A stretch of DNA of 64,000 nucleotides. It comes from Acidobacteriota bacterium (GTDB taxonomy: Bacteria; Acidobacteriota; UBA890; WLXD01). The DNA lies in assembly GCA_963666055.2 (NCBI GenBank), contig CAXWPH010000006.1, forward strand, positions 96,001 to 160,000, in the 5' to 3' direction. Every line of letters starts with the position of its first letter. Positions within the stretch are counted from its first letter, which is position 1. Shown one piece after another: positions 8,852 to 19,696 of this stretch. A program made the position numbers and the translations under genes. The notes under the pieces are model-generated. The model was not told where the DNA came from. It ran no database searches and saw only the letters and a program-made list of their open reading frames with translations.

Positions 8852-11800
8852 TGACGTAGCGATCGTCCGCTTGCCGCACTAGCTCGCCCACCGCACCGTA
8901 GCGCGTGTAACTCCCCCGATGCGGATCCCAGTTCGAGCTCGAGCTGACATTCTCGTAGTCGAAGGTCTCATAGCCATCCACGGTCCGGCGCAGCGCCGAG
9001 AACCCGCGCCAACGGATCTCCGCACTTGCCGGCTCCAACACGTGGATGCTCACCTCCGGGATCGTCCCGGTCGCGGCATCCCGCATCACCAGGTCACCGC
9101 CGCGAGGCACCTCCCACTCGCCTTTCCAGTTCCCCGTAGGCAGCAAGCCGCGTGGATGACGGCCGCCGACGGTGTAGAACACCGCGTCCCAGTAGAGTCG
9201 CATCGTGGTGGTCACCCGAATGCGCGGATCCTGGGGATCGATGATCTCTGTTACATCAACGCTAATGGTGGAGTTCTTGCCATTGGGCAGCCCGATGTCA
9301 GCGATTGCCGTGCGCCAACCCCCACGACCATCAGGAACCTCGAGCGCAACCGGCGCGAACGCCACGCGCGGGTCCTCGTCGACAACCAAGTTGACGCTGG
9401 CGGTAGCCCAGTACACCCACCCGGTGAGATACAAGCGCACCTGTCCACCCGCGGCGGCGTCCGGAAGCGATAGATCGAGAGCGTGGGGCGTGGCGAGCCC
9501 CTCATACAGAGCCGGCTCGAAGGGCGCCGGCCAAACGCCGTCGATCGAGGCTAGCGCAGCGCTCCAATCGCGACCGTGCTGATCAACGGCGGCCACCGGG
9601 CGGGGCTCATCGACGACAAACAGCCGCAGCTCGGGATGCGGCGGCGCAACGAACTTCTCGTCCGGAATCACCAGCGTCCCTTCGGGATGGTCCACGGCCA
9701 GCAGCCGTACCGCGTCGAGGTACCCGGCTTCGCGCAGCTCCTCGCTAAGTCGCAACTCCAGCACGCCATCCCGAGGCTGGAGCGCCTCGCCCGGCACCGG
9801 TACATACTCGTCGAAATCAGCCGGGTGGATTACACCGGTGGCAAGTGGCATTCCTAGCGGAGCTACACCGAGCACCTCGTTGATGAAGCGCCAAGTCTTT
9901 CCGTCCCAGGTGTACAGCAGCGGACACGACCCCTCGAGCCGCTCCACTTCGGTAACCGGACCGAGCGTCGCGCGCGCCGCTACGGCGGTCTCGTTCTGCA
10001 GGATGCCGTTCGGCCATGTGATCCTCACCACCTCGACCTCGTCGAGATCTCCGAGGCCAAAGTGCACCGCGTCGCGCCGCATGCGGCGACGCTGGTACAG
10101 GCCTCCGCTCTTGACCTCGACCGACGCACCGATGCCGCGGACGTTGTTCTTGATGCCCCGTAGCCGCACACTCAGCCAGGCCCCCAGCGGCGCCGGCTGT
10201 TCGTACCAGACGGCCGTGCTGCCGGTGCTCACGAGGATATCGACGCTGCCGTCGCCGTTGCCGTCGAACGCATCGACCAGCTCACCGCCGCCGCTGTCAA
10301 GCACCGGCCCGGCAACGAATCGCCACTCGCCAATGTTCAGCAAGGTGTGCACCCCGTCGGCGGTCTCGACGATCAGATCGAGCCAGCCGTCGTTGTCGAG
10401 ATCACCAGCAACGATGCGCCGTACGGCGGCGGACATGTCGATATCACGATCGTCGAAGGTGCCGTCGCCGTCGTTGCGGAGCCCGCGTAGGCCGTTGGCG
10501 CCCCCGAGCACCAGATCGACGGCGCCGTCGTTGTCGAAGTCCTCGGCAACCGCGTCGACCGTGGCGGCGTCCCCGCCGGCGCCCACGGCGTCAGCGATCT
10601 CCTCGAAGCGCCCGCCTCGTGAGTTGGTGTACAAGGTCGCGGGTGCACGATCGCCGACGACGTAGAGATCGATATCGTTGTCGTCGTCGAAGTCGGCCCA
10701 CGTCACACCGATGGCTGCGGGCTGTGCCCCTAGCCCGGCGGCGAGGGTGGCGTCGGCAAACTCGTCGCCCCCATGGTTGAGCACCAGTCGCAGACCTGGC
10801 CCACTACCGGCGGCAGCGATCAGCAAGTCGAGATCGCCGTCGTGGTCGGCATCGACCCAGGTCACCTCGGTCGCATCGGGCGTGACCGGCAGCCCTGCCG
10901 ACTCGACGAGCTCGAATCGTGCCGTCAGTGGGTCGCTCCCCAGGTTGCGGAACAATTGACCGGCGGACGCCGCGGCGACGTACACATCAAGACTCCCATT
11001 CCGATCGGCGTCGCCGAGCGCCACCGGGCCCGCTACGGCATCAAGGACAACGGCGGTACTGCCGCCGGATGCGCCTTCCGTCGATCCGACCTGCAGCAGC
11101 TCGACGCGCCCGGCTCCAAGGTCGGCGGCAAGCAGCCGCCCCGCGAGGGCAACCGGCAGCGCCACTTCGCGTCGCGTGAACACCAGCCGTTCCGCCGAAT
11201 CCGTCGACGGCCGTGCGTAGTTAACGCGCGGCACCTCCACGCGCTTGTAATGACCTACCTCCAACGCCACCGGGGCCCGCTGCGCCTGAGAAAGCTGGCG
11301 CTGGTACATCTGGTAGCGCTCGAGGAGCGGCGTCGCCGCCTGGCGATCACCACCACGCAGCAACAGGAAGGCGGAACGGTACGTCGCTGAGACGAAATGC
11401 TGCAGTCCGATATCGAAGCCCATCGCCATGACCGCGCCGTAGTGGCGTTGCGCCGACGCCAAGTCTTGTAGTGTTTCGTAACTCGCCCCGAGGTTATAGC
11501 GGATGGCCGGGTCGGCCGGATCGAGCTCGGCGGCGAGAGCGAGCGCCGCCTGTGCCTGGGCTGTCTGGCCCCGCTTGGCGTGCAACAAGCCGCGCAGGTA
11601 GGCGGCACCGGCATGTTGCGGATCGAGTTGCGCAGCAGTATCGAGAGCAGCGAGCACCGCGTCGTCGTCTGCTGGCGCGGCGGCGGTCTCGTACAACGCC
11701 AACGCCAAATTGATCCAATCGCGCGCCGTGGCTCCGGACTGCTGCACGACGCGGTGGAACGCCGCCGCGGCGGCCACGTGCTGCTTCTCCTCGTACAGGG

Positions 11801-11957
11801 CCTGCCCGCGGTTTCGTAGCGACTGCTGGGCGGCATCCTGCGGCACTGCGAGGCCAACAAACGGACCGCAAACGAGGGCTAGAGCCGCTACCAGGATGGG
11901 CAGCGCCGAGCGGCGTCGGCCACTTCGCGAGCCGAGCTGCTGACCCTCAGGCGACAC
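8565..11957 (-). CDS. Large secreted TPR + FG-GAP/VCBS repeat + ASPIC/UnbV protein with additional C-terminal domain
   Basis: GTG at 11957 after GGAGG; signal peptide; N-terminal TPR-like helices; repeated DxDxDGxxD motifs; RGIGASVEV...HFGLG...ITWPNG (UnbV); GSCPLLYTWDG domain follows. Confidence 0.8.
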   Translation of the reverse strand: MSPEGQQLGSRSGRRRSALPILVAALALVCGPFVGLAVPQDAAQQSLRNRGQALYEEKQHVAAAAAFHRVVQQSGATARDWINLALALYETAAAPADDDAVLAALDTAAQLDPQHAGAAYLRGLLHAKRGQTAQAQAALALAAELDPADPAIRYNLGASYETLQDLASAQRHYGAVMAMGFDIGLQHFVSATYRSAFLLLRGGDRQAATPLLERYQMYQRQLSQAQRAPVALEVGHYKRVEVPRVNYARPSTDSAERLVFTRREVALPVALAGRLLAADLGAGRVELLQVGSTEGASGGSTAVVLDAVAGPVALGDADRNGSLDVYVAAASAGQLFRNLGSDPLTARFELVESAGLPVTPDATEVTWVDADHDGDLDLLIAAAGSGPGLRLVLNHGGDEFADATLAAGLGAQPAAIGVTWADFDDDNDIDLYVVGDRAPATLYTNSRGGRFEEIADAVGAGGDAATVDAVAEDFDNDGAVDLVLGGANGLRGLRNDGDGTFDDRDIDMSAAVRRIVAGDLDNDGWLDLIVETADGVHTLLNIGEWRFVAGPVLDSGGGELVDAFDGNGDGSVDILVSTGSTAVWYEQPAPLGAWLSVRLRGIKNNVRGIGASVEVKSGGLYQRRRMRRDAVHFGLGDLDEVEVVRITWPNGILQNETAVAARATLGPVTEVERLEGSCPLLYTWDGKTWRFINEVLGVAPLGMPLATGVIHPADFDEYVPVPGEALQPRDGVLELRLSEELREAGYLDAVRLLAVDHPEGTLVIPDEKFVAPPHPELRLFVVDEPRPVAAVDQHGRDWSAALASIDGVWPAPFEPALYEGLATPHALDLSLPDAAAGGQVRLYLTGWVYWATASVNLVVDEDPRVAFAPVALEVPDGRGGWRTAIADIGLPNGKNSTISVDVTEIIDPQDPRIRVTTTMRLYWDAVFYTVGGRHPRGLLPTGNWKGEWEVPRGGDLVMRDAATGTIPEVSIHVLEPASAEIRWRGFSALRRTVDGYETFDYENVSSSSNWDPHRGSYTRYGAVGELVRQADDRYVIIAAGDEVVLRFADTLPPVHDGWRRDWLVYLNGWVKDGDPNTLHGDRVEPLPFHAMSGYPYGLGEHFPDSPLHRAWQAEYNTRPARRVNKRLDRD

Positions 11958-12130
11958 CGTTTTCCTCCATCGACCGACGTGTGGGGACGCTTCTACACAG
12001 TCTAGTGCGTCGCCGCCCAACGGGCCCGCCGGCCCTGGCCAGCCCAGGTCCGCCACTTGATACCGACGGGGCACTCCTTTCCCGGGGTCGTCGGCGTTGT
12101 AGATTAGGTACGTTCAAATGGGGGGAAGCC

Positions 12131-12505
12131 ATGCGGCGAAACATACTCGTCTTTCTGTTCGGGTTCTTGGCTGGGGTGACGGTGATCCATTTCCTGGAGG
12201 GCCCATTCGATCTGGGGCTGCTGCGCAACGAAGCCTCAGAAGCGCTCGACTCGGCCGGGCGTGGGGCGCGTAACCTGCGCCTGTCGACCAAGGTGCGCGC
12301 CGCGCTGGCGCTGCACAAGGACTTCAGTCTCTTCGACATCGACGTCCAGGCCGATGCAGAAGAAGGCAACGTCACCCTCGGCGGTCAGGTGGGCACCGCA
12401 GACCAGCAAGCTCTTGCCGAGCTCATCACCCGCGGCGTAGATGGGGTCGAAAACGTCGACAATCGTCTGGAGGTGCACCGCGCCCCCGAGCCGACACAGA
12501 ACTAG
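12131..12505 (+). CDS. BON-domain membrane-anchored protein
   Basis: N-terminal hydrophobic helix; KVRAAL...IDVQ...GNVTLGGQV...VDGVENVDNRL. Confidence 0.8.
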   Translation: MRRNILVFLFGFLAGVTVIHFLEGPFDLGLLRNEASEALDSAGRGARNLRLSTKVRAALALHKDFSLFDIDVQADAEEGNVTLGGQVGTADQQALAELITRGVDGVENVDNRLEVHRAPEPTQN

Positions 12506-12551
12506 TGCTCCGCGCGGGCGCTAGGTTGGGACGCGCCGCAGAGCAAGCGAA

Positions 12552-12578
12552 GGGCCGACGATATTCGATCGTCGGCCC
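12552..12578. terminator. Hairpin between convergent genes, probable terminator
   Basis: 11-bp perfect stem gggccgacgat/atcgtcggccc with 5-nt loop, followed by attt. Confidence 0.6.
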
Positions 12579-12650
12579 ATTTCTCGTCTATCGCGCTAGC
12601 AGGCCGTGGACTAGGGACGCCTGCTCCTGGAACTCAGCTATGGCGCCAAG

Positions 12651-12947
12651 CTACTCGTCGTAGGGGACGTCGGAGAGCACGTAGTTGAGCGGCGTGTACT
12701 CGGTCCACTTGGCGGGCACTTCCTCGTCCAAGAAGATGGCGTCGACCGGACAGACGGGCTCGCAGGCGCCACAATCGATGCACTCCTCAGGGTGAATATA
12801 GAGAATCTCCTCTTTGCCCTCAGGAGCCTTCACACCGTGCACGCTCATCCCGTCGTCGTCGATCTCGTAGATACAGTCGACTGGGCATACTTCGACGCAG
12901 GCTCGATCGCGAACGTTCACGCACGGTTCAGCGATGATGTAGGTCAT
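12651..12947 (-). CDS. FdxA-type dicluster (7Fe/8Fe) ferredoxin
   Basis: MTYIIAEPC...[12 protein letters not shown]...[21 protein letters not shown]; upstream ggagagg RBS. Confidence 0.93.
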   Translation of the reverse strand: MTYIIAEPCVNVRDRACVEVCPVDCIYEIDDDGMSVHGVKAPEGKEEILYIHPEECIDCGACEPVCPVDAIFLDEEVPAKWTEYTPLNYVLSDVPYDE

Positions 12948-13139
12948 CCTGACATCCTCTCCTACTGTGACCCGCTTCCCAGTGTGACCCGACCTGATGG
13001 TAGGCGAGACTTGCTTTCTTGGCGTCATGGCGAGCCTTGATGCGCCCGCGCGGTCACAGTAACACACGCGATTCGAGCCAGCAAAACACCATTTCAGCGC
13101 CTCGATCCGGTGGGAAAACGAAAAAAAAACTTCGGGTTG

Positions 13140-13260
13140 TTTTGCACACCCCGATCGCCGCACTTTCGCCCCCCGGCGCTGGCATCGCGGTAACCGGTGA
13201 ACGCTGTACACACTGAACATACGGATGCGCGGCAGCAGCGCGGCAATATCGTTTTCCACA
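13140..13260 (+). promoter_or_regulatory. Two DnaA-box consensus matches upstream of nrdJ
   Basis: TTTTGCACA (13140-13148) and TTTTCCACA (13252-13260) fit TTWTNCACA; a near match ATTTCCACA at 13263. Confidence 0.45.
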
Positions 13261-13266
13261 CGATTT

Positions 13267-13314
13267 CCACAATACCTTGCGGGGTTGTTGACGTTGACCC
13301 CCCACATGCTGTGG
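13267..13314. promoter_or_regulatory. Tandem NrdR boxes
   Basis: CCACAATACCTTGCGG (13267-13282) and CCCCCACATGCTGTGG (13299-13314), 32 bp apart, upstream of an RNR gene and next to TTGACA at 13323. Confidence 0.7.
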
Positions 13315-13436
13315 TCAACGTCTTGACAACCGCGAAAGCTGCAAGGTAGAACTTGGAGCCTTGGCAGGGCCGTCAGCAGTCGCGGCAACGGGCCAAACCG
13401 CCTCCCAAACGTCCCAAAGATCGGAGCACCAGTACT

Positions 13437-16235
13437 ATGTCCCCTGACAAGAACGCACCTCCCGGCTCCGGTGCTTCACAGACTGTGGATCCCGCTCCAC
13501 GCGGGGCCGAGGCAACCAGGAAGCAGCCAACGACAACGAAGCGCAAAGCTGCAAAGAATCGCACCGGCTTGAGCTTCACCCGCTACTACAGCACCGAGGG
13601 CGTGCACCCCTTCGACGCGGTCGAGTGGGAACGCCGCGATGCGGTCATCGAGAGCCATACGGGAGGTTTGGTTTTCGAGCAGGCCGACGTCGAGTTTCCG
13701 GCCTTCTGGAGCCAGCTAGCGACCAACATCGTGGCGTCGAAATACTTCCACGGACAGCTCGGCACCTCGAGACGCGAGTCGAGCCTCAAGCAGCTGATCG
13801 GCCGCGTCGTCGGGGCCATGACGCAGTGGGGAATAGACAGCAGCTACTTCGCCAGTGACGAGGACGCCGAGATTTTCTCCGACGAGCTCACCCACCTACT
13901 ACTGCACCAGATGGTGGCCTTCAATTCTCCCGTTTGGTTCAACATCGGGATCGCCGGAGAGCGCCAGCAAGCCTCGGCCTGCTACATCAACCACGTCGAG
14001 GACAAGATGGAGTCGATCCTCGACCTGGCGAAGACCGAAGGGTTGATCTTCAAGTTCGGTTCTGGTGCTGGAGTAAACCTGTCGCGCCTGCGCGGCTCGA
14101 CAGAGCATCTGTCCGGCGGCGGCATCGCATCCGGGCCGGTCTCTTTCATGAGGGGCTTCGATGCCTTTGCCGGTGTGATCAAGAGCGGAGGCAAGACGCG
14201 ACGCGCCGCCAAGATGATCATCCTCGACGTCGACCACCCGGATATCGTGGAGTTCATCGAGTGCAAGGGAGTTGAGGAGCGCAAGGCCTGGGCCTTGATC
14301 GGCGCCGGCTATGACCCGTCGCTGGATGGCGAGGCCTATGGGTCGGTCTTCTTCCAGAACGCCAACCACAGCGTGCGGGTATCGGACACGTTCATGGAGG
14401 CGGTCGAGAACAACGCCGACTGGATCACCACCGGCCGCGTCGAGGGGCAGCCCGTCGGCACGCACAACGCCAGAGAGCTGCTTGGCAAGATCGCCCAGGA
14501 GACCTGGCAATGCGGCGACCCCGGGATGCAATACGACGACACCATCAACCGGTGGCACACCTGCAAGGCCACCGATCGGATATACGGCTCCAACCCTTGC
14601 TCCGAGTACATGTTCCTGGACGAGACCGCCTGCAACCTGGCGTCGCTCAACCTCCTGCGATTTCAGCAGGAGGACGGCACGTTCGACGTGCAGAGCTTCC
14701 GGAAGGCGGTCGATATCGTGTTCACGGCGATGGAGATCGTCGTCGGCTACGCCGACTACCCGACCGAAAAGATCACCCAGAACTCACTCGACTACCGACC
14801 GCTGGGACTGGGCTACGCCAACCTGGGAGCCTTGCTGATGCACCAGGGGCTGCCTTACGACTCCGATGAGGGGCGCGCCTACGCCGCCGCCATCACCGCC
14901 ATCATGACCGGCGAGGCCTACGCTCAGTCGGCGCGCTGCGCCGAGGTGCAGGGCCCCTTTGCAGGCTACGCCCCGAACGAAGAAGCGATGCTCGGAGTGA
15001 TGCGTATGCACCGCGATGCCGCGTACGACATCGACGATGCGACGCACCCGAACTCATTGTCGCGTGCCGCCCGACATGTCTGGGACCGAGCGGTGGACCT
15101 GGGAGAGGAACATGGCTACCGCAACTCCCAGGCATCCGTGCTCGCACCAACCGGAACGATCGGTTTCATGATGGACTGCGACACCACCGGAGTGGAGCCT
15201 GACCTGGCGCTGGTGAAACACAAGCGCCTGGTCGGTGGCGGGACGATCAAGATCGTCAACGCGTCCGTCCCCGCCGCCCTGCGCAAGCTCGGGCACAACC
15301 GCGATCAGGTCAACAGGATCGTCGATCACATCAACACGAAGAACACCATCGAGGGCGCCCCGGATCTCAACGAGTCACACTTGCCGGTGTTCGATTGCGC
15401 GTTCCGGCCACCGAACGGTGAGCGATCGATCCATCACTCGGGCCATCTGAAGATGCTGGCAGCGACGCAGCCGTTCATCTCCGGCGCCATCTCGAAGACG
15501 ATCAACATGCCGGCAGAGTCGAACGTCGAGGAGATCGCCGACGCCTACAAGCAGGCCTGGAAGCTGGGCCTGAAGGCGGTCGCGATCTACCGCGACGGCA
15601 GCAAGCGCTCTCAGCCGCTCGCGACGACAGCCGGGCAGGCGGAAGGCGAGACGGTAGTAACTCGGCCGCCCGTGCGACGCCGGCTGGCCGATGAGCGTGC
15701 CTCGGTGACCCACAAGTTCTCGATCGCCGGCCACAAGGGCTATATCACCGTGGGTCTATACGAGGACGGGACCCCTGGCGAAGTGTTCATCACGATGGCC
15801 AAACAAGGCTCGACCATCTCGGGTCTCATGGACTCGTTCGCCAGCATGACATCGTTCGCGCTGCAATACGGCGTACCCCTGAGGTTCCTGGTGCAGAAGT
15901 GCATCAATGCGCGGTTCGAGCCCAGCGGCTACACGGGCAACCCCAAGATACGGTTCGCCAAATCGATCACCGATTACATCTTCCGTTGGATGGCGAGCCG
16001 GTTCCTCACCAAAGAGGAGCAACGGGAGCTCGGGCTCGACAGCAACGACGCGACCGTGACGCCGACGGTGGTTTCGGCACAACCCGACGCGAGCCCCGTA
16101 GCGGCGGAACGCGCTGGGTACGGCTTCGTTCCGCCGACGGACGCGCCGGTGTGTCCCGAGTGCGGGTCGCTCATGGTTGCCAACGGAAACTGTCACAAAT
16201 GCATGAACTGCGGATCGACTTCGGGGTGCTCCTGA
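13437..16235 (+). CDS. nrdJ: Class II (adenosylcobalamin-dependent) ribonucleotide reductase
   Basis: [51 protein letters not shown]; C-terminal TSCPD-like domain and CPECG...[14 protein letters not shown] zinc ribbon. Confidence 0.95.
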   Translation: MSPDKNAPPGSGASQTVDPAPRGAEATRKQPTTTKRKAAKNRTGLSFTRYYSTEGVHPFDAVEWERRDAVIESHTGGLVFEQADVEFPAFWSQLATNIVASKYFHGQLGTSRRESSLKQLIGRVVGAMTQWGIDSSYFASDEDAEIFSDELTHLLLHQMVAFNSPVWFNIGIAGERQQASACYINHVEDKMESILDLAKTEGLIFKFGSGAGVNLSRLRGSTEHLSGGGIASGPVSFMRGFDAFAGVIKSGGKTRRAAKMIILDVDHPDIVEFIECKGVEERKAWALIGAGYDPSLDGEAYGSVFFQNANHSVRVSDTFMEAVENNADWITTGRVEGQPVGTHNARELLGKIAQETWQCGDPGMQYDDTINRWHTCKATDRIYGSNPCSEYMFLDETACNLASLNLLRFQQEDGTFDVQSFRKAVDIVFTAMEIVVGYADYPTEKITQNSLDYRPLGLGYANLGALLMHQGLPYDSDEGRAYAAAITAIMTGEAYAQSARCAEVQGPFAGYAPNEEAMLGVMRMHRDAAYDIDDATHPNSLSRAARHVWDRAVDLGEEHGYRNSQASVLAPTGTIGFMMDCDTTGVEPDLALVKHKRLVGGGTIKIVNASVPAALRKLGHNRDQVNRIVDHINTKNTIEGAPDLNESHLPVFDCAFRPPNGERSIHHSGHLKMLAATQPFISGAISKTINMPAESNVEEIADAYKQAWKLGLKAVAIYRDGSKRSQPLATTAGQAEGETVVTRPPVRRRLADERASVTHKFSIAGHKGYITVGLYEDGTPGEVFITMAKQGSTISGLMDSFASMTSFALQYGVPLRFLVQKCINARFEPSGYTGNPKIRFAKSITDYIFRWMASRFLTKEEQRELGLDSNDATVTPTVVSAQPDASPVAAERAGYGFVPPTDAPVCPECGSLMVANGNCHKCMNCGSTSGCS

Positions 16236-16446
16236 GTTAGTCGATCCGCGGGTTTTCTCGCGCAGCGCGGTGGGCGGACCGCACTGGGGTGGGCGGCGGC
16301 CCGGCTCACCGCGTTGCCGAGTATTCGCCTTCCGACGGGTCGGCCGGGGCCGGGGGCTGCCTCCCGCCGTCGGTCGAGGGCTGCGCCGGCCGACCCGTCT
16401 GATCGTGCTGACGGCTATGCCGGAGGCGATCGATGCCATCCTCGAC

Positions 16447-16543
16447 CTAGTGGCCGCGTAACCATCGCCTCCTCCTCTCTCCTTGCCTCGACCTCGCAAG
16501 ACCCTGTCGCCAGACCCATCACACTTTCACCACGGCCTGCTAG
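16447..16543 (-). mobile_element. Partial copy of the CTAG-bounded MITE (see 57267-57545)
   Basis: 16458-16543 is a near-identical reverse complement of 57267-57352; CTAG at both ends; right CTAG is the ggt stop. Confidence 0.8.
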
Positions 16544-18276
16544 TAGGCAGCCGCAGCTCCGGATCGGCGACCGTCGGCGACCGCCATGCGCGCACCGTCA
16601 GGATAGATGTAGATGCAGTGCGCATCGCCTTGCAACCGCGACGTTCCGAGCGAGTGCCCCATCTTTTTCAGCGCGGCGATCGTCTCGGCCGGAAAGTTAC
16701 CCTCGAGTCGAAGGGAGTCTGGCATCCACTGGTGGTGCACTCGAGGACTGTCGACGGCATCCGGCAGAGCGAGGCCAAAATCAATCAAGTTCGTCACCAC
16801 CCGGAGCACGGTGTTGATGATCGTCTTGCCGCCGGGCGAGCCAATCAGCGCCAACGGTACTCCGTCGCTAGCGACGATCGTCGGCGTCATCGACGACAGC
16901 GGCCGCTTTCCGGGAGCGATGAGGTTCGGCTCGGTACCAACATAACCGCGAGAGTCGGTGACGCCAGGCCACTCGTTGAAATCACCCATCTCGTTATTGA
17001 GCAGGAATCCGGTACCCGCCGCTACGACCTTGGCACCGAAGCCTGCCTCGATGGTGTAGGTAATCGATACGGCGTTGCCGGCGGCGTCCACGACGGAATA
17101 ATGGGTGGTCTCTGGTGACTCCGCAGTGGTCAGCACGCCGGCCCCGAGCTCGGAGCTGGCGCGCGCGCGCTGCCGCGGAATCTCGGCTGCCAACTGGCGC
17201 GCATATGCCTTCGATGTGAGCCTCTCGACAGGAACCGGAGAATGGTCCGCATCGCCGAGGTACAAGGCGCGATCGAGATACGCCTGGCGCATCGACTCGG
17301 CCAGCAGATGCACGAGCTCCGGCGAGGTAGGCTCCATGTCACTGAGATCGAACTGCTCGAGAATATTGAGCATCTGCACGAGGATCGTGCCGCCGGACGA
17401 CGGCGGCCCCATCGACACGACCTCGTAACCGCGATAGGTACCGCGAATGGGCTCGCGCTCGATGGCTTCGTATGCGGCCAGATCCGCAGCCGTGATGAGG
17501 CCGCCATTGGCGGTCATGGCCGCGGCAACGCGCTCCGCGATGGGGCCACGGTAGAACGCATCGGCGCCACCGCTGGCGATTTGCCGGAGCGACCACGCCA
17601 AGTCCGGCTGACGGAAGCGCTCCCCCGCCATGTAGGGGGTGCCATTCGGGTGCAGGAAGGCCGCTGCAGACGCGTCGTGCTGGCGGAAGATCCGCGCTAC
17701 CCGAGCGAATGATCGCGCCAGGTACGGGCTGACGTAGAACCCATCCGATGCCAGCCGCACGGCCGGCTCGACGAGACGCGACCAGGGCAGATGCCCCCAG
17801 CGCGCGTGCGCTGTGCCGAAACCGGCGACTGTTCCGGGCACACCCACCGCCTTCCAGCCGACGTAGTTCAACCCGCGCACTGGCCTGCCGTCTTCACCCA
17901 GGTACATAGTGCGGGTGGCGGCTGCAGGCGCCTTCTCTCGGAAGTCCAGCGTCGTATAGCGGCCCTCTTCGGCCAGGTAGATCACCATGAAGCCGCCACC
18001 ACCCAGATTGCCGGCCTGGGGGTGCGTCACCGCCAACGCCATGCCCACCGCAACGGCGGCATCAATCGCGGTGCCGCCGACCCGCAACACCTCGATACCG
18101 ATGCTCGTGGCGTGACCGTCGACGCTGACCACAGCGCCGTGTGCTCCCATGGCCAGGCGGCCAAAGTCGATCGGCGCCTGTGAAGCCAGCACCGAGGGCA
18201 CGGCTATCAGCGCCACCGACACGCTCAGCGCAACTGTCACCCTGAACCGCACTCGCCCCATCCCGTGCACCCCCAT
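16540..18276 (-). CDS. ggt: Gamma-glutamyltransferase, exported
   Basis: Signal peptide; GNLGGGGF, DFREKAP, GVPGTVAG, ETTHYSVVD (Thr nucleophile), NNEMGDF, RPLSSM, GSPGG. Confidence 0.95.
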   Translation of the reverse strand: MGVHGMGRVRFRVTVALSVSVALIAVPSVLASQAPIDFGRLAMGAHGAVVSVDGHATSIGIEVLRVGGTAIDAAVAVGMALAVTHPQAGNLGGGGFMVIYLAEEGRYTTLDFREKAPAAATRTMYLGEDGRPVRGLNYVGWKAVGVPGTVAGFGTAHARWGHLPWSRLVEPAVRLASDGFYVSPYLARSFARVARIFRQHDASAAAFLHPNGTPYMAGERFRQPDLAWSLRQIASGGADAFYRGPIAERVAAAMTANGGLITAADLAAYEAIEREPIRGTYRGYEVVSMGPPSSGGTILVQMLNILEQFDLSDMEPTSPELVHLLAESMRQAYLDRALYLGDADHSPVPVERLTSKAYARQLAAEIPRQRARASSELGAGVLTTAESPETTHYSVVDAAGNAVSITYTIEAGFGAKVVAAGTGFLLNNEMGDFNEWPGVTDSRGYVGTEPNLIAPGKRPLSSMTPTIVASDGVPLALIGSPGGKTIINTVLRVVTNLIDFGLALPDAVDSPRVHHQWMPDSLRLEGNFPAETIAALKKMGHSLGTSRLQGDAHCIYIYPDGARMAVADGRRSGAAAAY

Positions 18277-18422
18277 GCTGCTCTATCCCTCAACAAAGCC
18301 TTGGTCGTTGCACGCCATCGTACCGCCTCGTGGTTGCTGCTGCCGTATGAGGTCGGCCGGATCGTGACGCTGCCCGAACGGGCACGAGCTACTCGCCGCA
18401 GTAGCGTCGCCGAACAGATGCA

Positions 18423-19592
18423 CTACAGGCGGCTCGCCGAAGCGTCGTCGCCCCGCGTCAACCGGGCGCGGCCAAAGGACACCGCGGTTGCCGGAATACC
18501 GCGCGTGAGCCACATCGCGCGGTGCGCTTCGCCGATCTCGGATACCAGCAGATGGCGCAGTGCCAGCCAGGTCGGGTCGCCGGCTGAAACTCGCTTCGTC
18601 GTACACAGACCGATCAAGAACACGCGCAGGCTGCACATTTCACCGCCGTCGAATCCGAGCGCGTGCGCCACTCGCCGCAGGTTTCCGAAATCGACCTGGG
18701 CGGTGATGTCATCTGCCCCCGGGCGCAGCAACGGATCGTCGTGCAACGTGAAACGACGGTGACAGACGAGCGTGCCGCTGGGTCGGGACTCGTTGTACAA
18801 CGTGGCGGTCTCATGCCCGTAGTCGATCGTCAACCATCCGCCCTTGGCCAGCCGGGAGCTAACCTGTGCTCCCCACGACGCGACCTCGAGACAGAGCTCG
18901 GCGATCTGTCCCTCGCGCAGGCACACCCCGTTGTACTCCAGATGCTCCTGGAGGCGCGCCGTGCTCGGCGCCAGGAAGCGCTCTTTGAGGCGCCCCTCGA
19001 TAACATCGACGTGGCCCTCCAACAGCAGCCCATCATGAAGCATCACCCGGTGTACCGGAAAAGCATCGAGGAGCTCGTTCGAATACACCAGGCCGCTGAA
19101 CTCGTCGGATACGTCCTCGAGGCTGGCAACGACGCGCAGGCCGCCGGGAACGCTTCGCTGCTCTGCCTGCTGGAGGCGGCGACCCGATGCACCGCGCTCG
19201 ACGCTCCAAGCGCGCAGACGCGGCCACACGGTCGGATACTGATGCTGCAGCGCCGTCAGCGTCGACATGAGCAAGCGGCCGTCGCCGCTGCCAAGCTCGA
19301 CGAGGTCAAGGCGGGCCGGTCGACCGAGCGCCCCATCCACGGCGTCGGCGAGCTTGGCCACGGCCTCACCCAGCGCCGGGCCCGTCTGTGGTGCGGTAAG
19401 GAAGTCCGGGGTCGCCGTCCAGGGACCCGGCACGGACGTATAGTAGCCATGCTCTGGGTGGTAGAGCGCATCCGTCATGAACGACGCGAACGGCGTGGGT
19501 CCCGCGGTGGCGATCCGCTCGGAAAGGTAGCGGATCAGAGCTCGGGAACGGCGGCCAGCATTGTCAACTTCGAGTTGCACGCCTTCAATCAA
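18423..19592 (-). CDS. SAM-dependent methyltransferase, MidA/NDUFAF7 family (start uncertain)
   Basis: ALYHPEHGYY, DFLTAP, VELGSGDG, SNELLDAFPVH, IDYG, DITAQVDF. Confidence 0.85.
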   Translation of the reverse strand: MIEGVQLEVDNAGRRSRALIRYLSERIATAGPTPFASFMTDALYHPEHGYYTSVPGPWTATPDFLTAPQTGPALGEAVAKLADAVDGALGRPARLDLVELGSGDGRLLMSTLTALQHQYPTVWPRLRAWSVERGASGRRLQQAEQRSVPGGLRVVASLEDVSDEFSGLVYSNELLDAFPVHRVMLHDGLLLEGHVDVIEGRLKERFLAPSTARLQEHLEYNGVCLREGQIAELCLEVASWGAQVSSRLAKGGWLTIDYGHETATLYNESRPSGTLVCHRRFTLHDDPLLRPGADDITAQVDFGNLRRVAHALGFDGGEMCSLRVFLIGLCTTKRVSAGDPTWLALRHLLVSEIGEAHRAMWLTRGIPATAVSFGRARLTRGDDASASRL

Positions 19593-19696
19593 TCAGCTAA
19601 CTTGACAACTGTAGGATGGGCGGAGTTTGTCTTCCGACCTATGTCTCCCCATTTCCGCTGCTGCGGCCCCCGAATTCTAGGTAAAGACACACCGGT

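Noticed and set aside
13100-13330. DnaA boxes as a replication origin
   Set aside because: Only 2-3 matches, better explained as nrdJ promoter regulation
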